The notes under the pieces are model-generated. The model saw nothing but the letters and a program-made list of their open reading frames with translations. It was not told where the DNA came from and searched no databases. From Eledone cirrhosa (lineage: Eukaryota): a DNA stretch of 64,000 bases. Position numbers and translations under genes: made by a program. Location: NCBI GenBank assembly GCA_964016885.1, contig OZ024740.1, positions 420,980,001-421,044,000 of the forward strand, given 5' to 3'. Below are positions 52,301-64,000 of the stretch, one piece after another. Numbering within the stretch: position 1 is the stretch's first letter; every line of letters begins with the position of its first letter.

Positions 52301-55300
52301 CCTTCACCATTACATACCAATACCACCAATGTCACCCTTCACCATTACATACCAATACCACCAATGTCACCCTTCACCATTACATACCAATACCACCAAT
52401 ACCACCCTTCACCATTACATACCAATACCACCAATGTCACCCTTCACCATTACATACCAATACCACCAATGTCAGCCTTCACCATTACATACCAATACCA
52501 CCAATACCACCCTTCACCATTACATACCAATACCACCAATACCACCCTTCACCATTACATACCAATACCACCAATGTCACCCTTCACCATTACATACCAA
52601 TACCACCAATGTCACCCTTCACCATTACATACCAATACCACCAATACCACCCTTCACCATTACATACCAATACCACCAATACCACCCTTCACCATTACAT
52701 ACCAATACCACCAATGTCAGCCTTCACCATTACATACCAATACCACCAATACCACCCTTCACCATTACATACCAATACCACCAATACCACCCTTCACCAT
52801 TACATACCAATACCACCAATACCACCCTTCACCATTACATACCAATACCACCAATACCACCCTTCACCATTACATACCAATACCACCAATACCACCCTTC
52901 ACCATTACATACCAATACCACCAATGTCAGCCTTCACCATTACATACCAATACCACCAATACCACCCTTCACCATTACATACTAATACCACCAATACCAC
53001 CCTTCACCATTACATACCAATACCACCAATACCACCCTTCACCATTACATACCAATACCACCAATACCACCCTTCACCATTACATACCAATACCACCAAT
53101 ACCACCCTTCACCATTACATACCAATACCACCAATACCACCCTTCACCATTACATACCAATACCACCAATACCACCCTTCACCATTACATACCAATACCA
53201 CCAATACCACCCTTCACCATTACATACCAATACCACCAATACCACCCTTCACCATTACATACCAATACCACCAATACCACCCTTCACCATTACATACCAA
53301 TACCACCAATACCACCCTTCACCATTACATACCAATACCACCAATACCACCCTTCACCATTACATACCAATACCACCAATACCACCCTTCACCATTACAT
53401 ACCAATACCACCAATACCACCCTTCACCATTACATACCAATACCACCAATACCACCCTTCACCATTACATACCAATACCACCAATACCACCCTTCACCAT
53501 TACATACCAATACCACCAATACCACCCTTCACCATTACATACCAATACCACCAATACCACCCTTCACCATTACATACCAATACCACCCTTCACCATTACA
53601 TATCAATACCACCAATACCACCCTTCACCATTACATACCAATACCACCAATACCACCCTTCACCATTACATACCAATACCACCAATACCACCCTTCACCA
53701 TTACATACCAATACCACCAATACCACCCTTCACCATTACATACCAATACCACCAATACCACCCTTCACCATTACATACCAATACCACCAATGTCAGCCTT
53801 CACCATTACATACCAATACCACCAATACCACCCTTCACCATTACATACCAATACCACCAATGTCAGCCTTCACCATTACATACCAATACCACCCTTCACC
53901 ATTACATACCAATACCACCAATGTCAGCCTTCACCATTACATACCAATACCACCAATACCACCCTTCACCATTACATACCAATACCACCAATGTCAGCCT
54001 TCACCATTACATACCAATACCACCAATACCACCCTTCACCATTACATACCAATACCACCAATACCACCCTTCACCATTACATACCAATACCACCAATACC
54101 ACCCTTCACCATTACATACCAATACCACCAATGTCAGCCTTCACCATTACATACCAATACCACCCTTCACCATTACATACCAATACCACCAATACCACCC
54201 TTCACCATTACATACCAATACCACCAATACCACCCTTCACCATTACATACCAATACCACCAATACCACCCTTCACCATTACATACCAATACCACCAATGT
54301 CAGCCTTCACCATTACATACCAATACCACCAATACCACCCTTCACCATTACATACCAATACCACCAATGTCAGCCTTCACCATTACATACCAATACCACC
54401 AATACCACCCTTCACCATTACATACCAATACCACCAATGTCAGCCTTCACCATTACATACCAATACCACCAATACCACCCTTCACCATTACATACCAATA
54501 CCACCAATGTCACCCTTCACCATTACATACCAATACCACCAATACCACCCTTCACCATTACATACCAATACCACCAATACCACCCTTCACCATTACATAC
54601 CAATACCACCAATACCACCCTTCACCATTACATACCAATACCACCAATACCACCCTTCACCATTACATACCAATACCACCAATACCACCCTTCACCATTA
54701 CATACCAATACCACCAATACCACCCTTCACCATTACATACCAATACCACCAATACCACCCTTCACCATTACATACCAATACCACCAATGTCAGCCTTCAC
54801 CATTACATACCAATACCACCAATACCACCCTTCACCATTACATACCAATACCACCAATGTCAGCCTTCACCATTACATACCAATACCACCAATACCACCC
54901 TTCACCATTACATACCAATACCACCAATACCACCCTTCACCATTACATACCAATACCACCAATACCACCCTTCACCATTACATACCAATACCACCAATAC
55001 CACCCTTCACCATTACATACCAATACCACCAATGTCAGCCTTCACCATTACATACCAATACCACCAATACCACCCTTCACCATTACATACCAATACCACC
55101 AATACCACCCTTCACCATTACATACCAATACCACCAATACCACCCTTCACCATTACATACCAATACCACCAATACCACCCTTCACCATTACATACCAATA
55201 CCACCAATACCACCCTTCACCATTACATACCAATACCACCAATGTCACCCTTCACCATTACATACCAATACCACCAATACCACCCTTCACCATTACATAC

Positions 55301-58300
55301 CAATACCACCAATACCACCCTTCACCATTACATACCAATACCACCAATACCACCCTTCACCATTACATACCAATACCACCAATACCACCCTTCACCATTA
55401 CATACCAATACCACCAATGTCAGCCTTCACCATTACATACCAATACCACCAATACCACCCTTCACCATTACATACCAATACCACCAATGTCAGCCTTCAC
55501 CATTACATACCAATACCACCCTTCACCATTACATACCAATACCACCAATGTCAGCCTTCACCATTACATACCAATACCACCAATACCACCCTTCACCATT
55601 ACATACCAATACCACCAATGTCAGCCTTCACCATTACATACCAATACCACCAATACCACCCTTCACCATTACATACCAATACCACCAATGTCAGCCTTCA
55701 CCATTACATACCAATACCACCCTTCACCATTACATACCAATACCACCAATGTCAGCCTTCACCATTACATACCAATACCACCAATACCACCCTTCACCAT
55801 TACATACCAATACCACCAATGTCAGCCTTCACCATTACATACCAATACCACCAATACCACCCTTCACCATTACATACCAATACCACCAATGTCAGCCTTC
55901 ACCATTACATACCAATACCACCAATACCACCCTTCACCATTACATACCAATACCACCAATGTCAGCCTTCACCATTACATACCAATACCACCAATACCAC
56001 CCTTCACCATTACATACCAATACCACCAATGTCAGCCTTCACCATTACATACCAATACCACCAATACCACCCTTCACCATTACATACCAATACCACCAAT
56101 GTCAGCCTTCACCATTACATACCAATACCACCCTTCACCATTACATACCAATACCACCAATGTCAGCCTTCACCATTACATACCAATACCACCAATACCA
56201 CCCTTCACCATTACATACCAATACCACCAATGTCAGCCTTCACCATTACATACCAATACCACCAATACCACCCTTCACCATTACATACCAATACCACCAA
56301 TACCACCCTTCACCATTACATACCAATACCACCAATACCACCCTTCACCATTACATACCAATACCACCAATACCACCCTTCACCATTACATACCAATACC
56401 ACCAATGTCAGCCTTCACCATTACATACCAATACCACCAATACCACCCTTCACCATTACATACCAATACCACCAATGTCAGCCTTCACCATTACATACCA
56501 ATACCACCCTTCACCATTACATACCAATACCACCAATGTCAGCCTTCACCATTACATACCAATACCACCAATACCACCCTTCACCATTACATACCAATAC
56601 CACCAATGTCAGCCTTCACCATTACATACCAATACCACCAATACCACCCTTCACCATTACATACCAATACCACCAATGTCAGCCTTCACCATTACATACC
56701 AATACCACCAATACCACCCTTCACCATTACATACCAATACCACCAATGTCAGCCTTCACCATTACATACCAATACCACCAATACCACCCTTCACCATTAC
56801 ATACCAATACCACCAATGTCAGCCTTCACCATTACATACCAATACCACCAATACCACCCTTCACCATTACATACCAATACCACCAATGTCAGCCTTCACC
56901 ATTACATACCAATACCACCAATACCACCCTTCACCATTACATACCAATACCACCAATGTCAGCCTTCACCATTACATACCAATACCACCAATACCACCCT
57001 TCACCATTACATACCAATACCACCAATACCACCCTTCACCATTACATACCAATACCACCAATGTCAGCCTTCACCATTACATACCAATACCACCAATACC
57101 ACCCTTCACCATTACATACCAATACCACCAATGTCAGCCTTCACCATTACATACCAATACCACCAATACCACCCTTCACCATTACATACCAATACCACCA
57201 ATACCACCCTTCACCATTACATACCAATACCACCAATACCACCCTTCACCATTACATACCAATACCACCAATGTCAGCCTTCACCATTACATACCAATAC
57301 CACCAATACCACCCTTCACCATTACATACCAATACCACCAATACCACCCTTCACCATTACATACCAATACCACCAATGTCAGCCTTCACCATTACATACC
57401 AATACCACCAATACCACCCTTCACCATTACATACCAATACCACCAATGTCAGCCTTCACCATTACATACCAATACCACCAATACCACCCTTCACCATTAC
57501 ATACCAATACCACCAATGTCACCCTTCACCATTACATACCAATACCACCAATACCACCCTTCACCATTACATACCAATACCACCAATACCACCCTTCACC
57601 ATTACATACCAATACCACCAATGTCAGCCTTCACCATTACATACCAATACCACCAATACCACCCTTCACCATTACATACCAATACCACCAATGTCAGCCT
57701 TCACCATTACATACCAATACCACCAATACCACCCTTCACCATTACATACCAATACCACCAATGTCACCCTTCACCATTACATACCAATACCACCAATACC
57801 ACCCTTCACCATTACATACCAATACCACCAATACCACCCTTCACCATTACATACCAATACCACCAATGTCAGCCTTCACCATTACATACCAATACCACCA
57901 ATACCACCCTTCACCATTACATACCAATACCACCAATACCACCCTTCACCATTACATACCAATACCACCAATACCACCCTTCACCATTACATACCAATAC
58001 CACCAATACCACCCTTCACCATTACATACCAATACCACCAATACCACCCTTCACCATTACATACCAATACCACCAATGTCAGCCTTCACCATTACATACC
58101 AATACCACCAATACCACCCTTCACCATTACATACCAATACCACCAATGTCAGCCTTCACCATTACATACCAATACCACCAATACCACCCTTCACCATTAC
58201 ATACCAATACCACCAATGTCAGCCTTCACCATTACATACCAATACCACCAATACCACCCTTCACCATTACATACCAATACCACCAATACCACCCTTCACC

Positions 58301-61300
58301 ATTACATACCAATACCACCAATGTCAGCCTTCACCATTACATACCAATACCACCAATACCACCCTTCACCATTACATACCAATACCACCAATACCACCCT
58401 TCACCATTACATACCAATACCACCAATGTCAGCCTTCACCATTACATACCAATACCACCAATACCACCCTTCACCATTACATACCAATACCACCAATGTC
58501 AGCCTTCACCATTACATACCAATACCACCAATACCACCCTTCACCATTACATACCAATACCACCAATGTCAGCCTTCACCATTACATACCAATACCACCA
58601 ATACCACCCTTCACCATTACATACCAATACCACCAATACCACCCTTCACCATTACATACCAATACCACCAATGTCAGCCTTCACCATTACATACTAATAC
58701 CACCAATACCACCCTTCACCATTACATACCAATACCACCAATGTCAGCCTTCACCATTACATACCAATACCACCAATACCACCCTTCACCATTACATACC
58801 AATACCACCAATACCACCCTTCACCATTACATACCAATACCACCAATGTCAGCCTTCACCATTACATACCAATACCACCAATACCACCCTTCACCATTAC
58901 ATACCAATACCACCAATACCACCCTTCACCATTACATACCAATACCACCAATGTCACCCTTCACCATTACATACCAATACCACCAATACCACCCTTCACC
59001 ATTACATACCAATACCACCAATACCACCCTTCACCATTACATACCAATACCACCAATGTCACCCTTCACCATTACATACCAATACCACCAATACCACCCT
59101 TCACCATTACATACCAATACCACCAATACCACCCTTCACCATTACATACCAATACCACCAATACCACCCTTCACCATTACATACCAATACCACCAATGTC
59201 AGCCTTCACCATTACATACCAATACCACCAATGTCAGCCTTCACCATTACATACCAATACCACCAATGTCAGCCTTCACCATTACATACCAATACCACCA
59301 ATGTCAGCCTTCACCATTACATACCAATACCACCAATACCACCCTTCACCATTACATACCACCAATACCACCCTTCACCATTACATACCAATACCACCAA
59401 TACCACCCTTCACCATTACATACCAATACCACCAATACCACCCTTCACCATTACATACCAATACCACCAATACCACCCTTCACCATTACATACCAACAAC
59501 CACCAATACCAGCCTTCACCATTACATACCAATACCACCAATACCACCCTTCACCATTACATACCAATACCACCAATACCACCCTTCACCATTACATACC
59601 AATACCACCAATACCACCCTTCACCATTACATACCAACAACCACCAATACCACCCTTCACCATTACATACCAATACCACCAATACCACCCTTCACCATTA
59701 CATACCAATACCACCAATACCACCCTTCACCATTACATACCAATACCACCAATACCAGCCTTCACCATTACATACCAATACCACCAATGTCACCCTTCAC
59801 CATTACATACCAATACCACCAATGTCAGCCTTCACCATTACATACCAATACCACCAATACCACCCTTCACCATTACATACCAATACCACCAATACCACCC
59901 TTCACCATTACATACCAACAACCACCAATACCACCCTTCACCATTACATACCAATACCACCAATACCACCCTTCACCATTGCATACCAATACCACCAATA
60001 CCACCCTTCACCATTACATACCAATACCACCAATGTCACCCTTCACCATTACATACCAATACCACCAATGTCACCCTTCACCATTACATACCAATACCAC
60101 CAATACCACCCTTCACCATTACATACCAATACCACCAATACCACCCTTCACCATTGCATACCAATACCACCAATACCACCCTTCACCATTACATACCAAT
60201 ACCACCAATGTCACCCTTCACCATTACATACCAATACCACCAATGTCACCCTTCACCATTACATACCAATACCACCAATGTCACCCTTCACCATTACATA
60301 CCAATACCACCAATGTCACCCTTCACCATTACATACCAATACCACCAATGTCAGCCTTCACCATTACATACCAATACTACCAATACCACCCTTCACCATT
60401 GCATACCAATACCACCAATACCACCCTTCACCATTACATACCAATACCACCAATACCACCCTTCACCATTACATACCAATACCACCAATGTCACCCTTCA
60501 CCATTACATACCAATACCACCAATGTCACCCTTCACCATTACATACCAATACCACCAATACCACCCTTCACCATTACATACCAATACCACCAATGTCACC
60601 CTTCACCATTACATACCAATACCACCAATGTCACCCTTCACCATTACATACCAATACCACCAATACCACCCTTCACCATTACATACCAATACCACCAATA
60701 CCACCCTTCACCATTGCATACCAATACCACCAATACCACCCTTCACCATTACATACCAATACCACCAATACCACCCTTCACCATTACATACCAATACCAC
60801 CAATACCACCCTTCACCATTACATACCAATACCACCAATGTCACCCTTCACCATTGCATACCAATACCACCAATACCACCCTTCACCATTACATACCAAT
60901 ACCACCAATGTCACCCTTCACCATTGCATACCAATACCACCAATACCACCCTTCACCATTACATACCAATACCACCAATGTCAGCCTTCACCATTACATA
61001 CCAATACCACCAATACCACCCTTCACCATTACATACCAATACCACCAATGTCACCCTTCACCATTGCATACCAATACCACCAATACCACCCTTCACCATT
61101 ACATACCAATACCACCAATGTCACCCTTCACCATTGCATACCAATACCACCAATACCACCCTTCACCATTACATACCAATACCACCAATACCACCCTTCA
61201 CCATTACATACCAATACCACCAATACCACCCTTCACCATTACATACCAATACCACCAATACCACCCTTCACCATTACATACCAATACCACCAATACCACC

Positions 61301-64000
61301 CTTCACCATTACATATCAATACCACCAATGTCACCCTTCACCATTACATACCAATACCACCAATACCACCCTTCACCATTACATACCAATACCACCAATA
61401 CCACCCTTCACCATTACATATCAATACCACCAATGTCACCCTTCACCATTACATACCAATACCACCAATGTCAGTCTTCACCATTACATACCAATACCAC
61501 CAATACCACCCTTCACCATTACATACCAATACCACCAATACCACCCTTCACCATTACATACCAATACCACCAATACCACCCTTCACCATTACATATCAAT
61601 ACCACCAATGTCACCCTTCACCATTACATACCAATACCACCAATACCACCCTTCACCATTACATACCAATACCACCAATACCACCCTTCACCATTACATA
61701 TCAATACCACCAATGTCACCCTTCACCATTACATACCAATACCACCAATACCACCCTTCACCATTACATACCAATACCACCAATACCACCCTTCACCATT
61801 ACATACCAATACCACCAATACCACCCTTCACCATTACATACCAATACCACCAATACCACCCTTCACCATTACATACCAATACCACCAATACCACCCTTCA
61901 CCATTACATACCAATACCACCCTTCACCATTACATACTAATACCACCAATACCACCCTTCACCATTACATATCAATACCACCAATGTCACCCTTCACCAT
62001 TACATACCAATACCACCAATGTCAGCCTTCACCATTACATACCAATACCACCAATGTCACCCTTCACCATTACATACCAATACCACCAATGTCAGCCCTT
62101 CACCATTACATACCAATACCACCAATACCACCCTTCACCATTACATACTAATACCACCAATACCACCCTTCACCATTACATATCAATACCACCAATGTCA
62201 CCCTTCACCATTACATACCAATACCACCAATGTCAGCCTTCACCATTACATACCAATACCACCAATGTCACCCTTCACCATTACATACCAATACCACCAA
62301 TGTCAGCCTTCACCATTACATACCAATACCACCAATACCACCCTTCACCATTACATACCAATACCACCAATGTCACCCTTCACCATTACATACCAATACC
62401 ACCAATACCACCCTTCAGCATTACATACCAATACCACCAATACCACCCTTCACCATTACATACCAATACCACCAATGTCACCCTTCACCATTACATACCA
62501 ATACCACCAATGTCACCCTTCACCATTACATACCAATACCACCAATGTCACCCTTCACCATTACATACCAATACCACCAATACCACCCTTCACCATTACA
62601 TACCAATACTAACCAATGTCACCCTTCACCATTACATACCAATACCACCAATGTCACCCTTCACCATTACATACCAATACCACCAATGTCAGCCTTCACC
62701 ATTACATACCAATACCACCAATACCACCCTTCACCATTACATACCAATACCACCAATGTCACCCTTCACCATTACATACCAATACCACCAATACCACCCT
62801 TCACCATTACATACCAATACCACCAATGTCACCCTTCACCATTACATACCAATACCACCAATACCACCCTTCACCATTACATACCAATACCACCAATACC
62901 ACCCTTCACCATTACATACCAATACCACCAATGTCAGCCTTCACCATTACATACCAATACCACCAATACCACCCTTCACCATTACATACCAATACCACCA
63001 ATGTCACCCTTCACCATTACATACCAATACCACCAATACCACCCTTCACCATTACATACCAATACCACCAATGTCACCCTTCACCATTACATACCAATAC
63101 CACCAATACCACCCTTCACCATTACATACCAATACCACCAATGTTCACCCTTCACCATTACATACCAATACCACCAATACCACCCTTCACCATTACATAC
63201 CAATACCACCAATGTCAGCCTTCACCATTACATACCAATACCACCAATACCACCCTTCACCATTACATACCAATACTACCAATGTCACCCTTCACCATTA
63301 CATACCAATACCACCAATGTCACCCTTCACCATTACATACCAATACCACCAATGTCACCCTTCACCATTACATACCAATACCACCAATACCACCCTTCAC
63401 CATTACATACCAATACCACCAATGTCACCCTTCACCATTACATACCAATACCACCAATACCACCCTTCACCATTACATACCAATACCACCAATACCACCC
63501 TTCACCATTACATACCAATACCACCAATACCACCCTTCACCATTACATACCAATACCACCAATGTCAGCCTTCACCATTACATACCAATACCACCAATGT
63601 CACCCTTCACCATTACATACCAATACCACCAATGTCAGCCTTCACCATTACATACCAATACCACCAATACCACCCTTCACCATTACATACCAATACCACC
63701 AATGTCACCCTTCACCATTACATACCAATACCACCAATGTCACCCTTCACCATTACATACCAATACCACCAATGTCAGCCCTTCACCATTACATACCAAT
63801 ACCACCAATACCACCCTTCACCATTACATAACCAATACCACCAATACCACCCTTCACCATTACATACCAATACCACCAATGTCACCCTTCACCATTACAT
63901 ACCAATACCACCAATGTCACCCTTCACCATTACATACCAATACCACCAATACCACCCTTCACCATTACATACCAATACCACCAATGTCACCCTTCACCAT
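40345..64000. repeat. 35-bp satellite array, >23.6 kb (roughly 680 units), continuing past the window end
   Basis: Unit ccaataccaccaat(accaccc/gtcaccc/gtcagcc)ttcaccattacata, with 26-bp variants lacking one 9-bp subrepeat. Count estimated from length/period. Confidence 0.99.

Noticed and set aside
40233-63831. Giant His/Pro/Thr-rich ORFs of up to 3320 aa
   Set aside because: The 35-bp unit has no plus-strand stop, so all three frames give the same 35-aa cycle. Frame-shifting indels are tolerated and there is no unique domain or splice structure.
40345-64000. Telomeric repeat at the window end
   Set aside because: It is not TTAGGG-like, and the G-rich strand points away from the right-hand end, opposite to telomere polarity.

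Overview
AT-rich, repeat-dense animal genomic DNA. The SINE and RTE-LINE families look like those of Octopus or another coleoid cephalopod (inference from recalled repeat families). I can support one host coding exon: a 103-nt internal exon of a dimethylarginine dimethylaminohydrolase (DDAH)-like gene at 27417-27519 (+), ending [10 protein letters not shown] with AG/GT sites. Most of the window is therefore probably DDAH intron. The rest is mobile DNA and tandem repeats: decayed RTE-clade LINEs of two families with a PHD-type finger inside the RT, a CR1 fragment, a mariner fossil, two tRNA-derived SINE families, piggyBac-like MITEs, a possible LTR, and foldback elements with hammerhead-ribozyme motifs. 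Tandem arrays have units of 29, 40, 48 (two arrays), 46, 42 and 24 bp, plus a >23-kb 35-bp satellite running off the window end. All very long ORFs in the track are artefacts of stop-free repeats. Best leads: (1) hammerhead motifs, including a near-canonical one on the DDAH sense strand about 345 nt upstream of the exon; (2) a 48-bp module in the RTE 3'UTR and SINE body that expanded independently twice into kb-scale minisatellites; (3) those two arrays lie in opposite orientation on either side of the exon, predicting a long pre-mRNA duplex.
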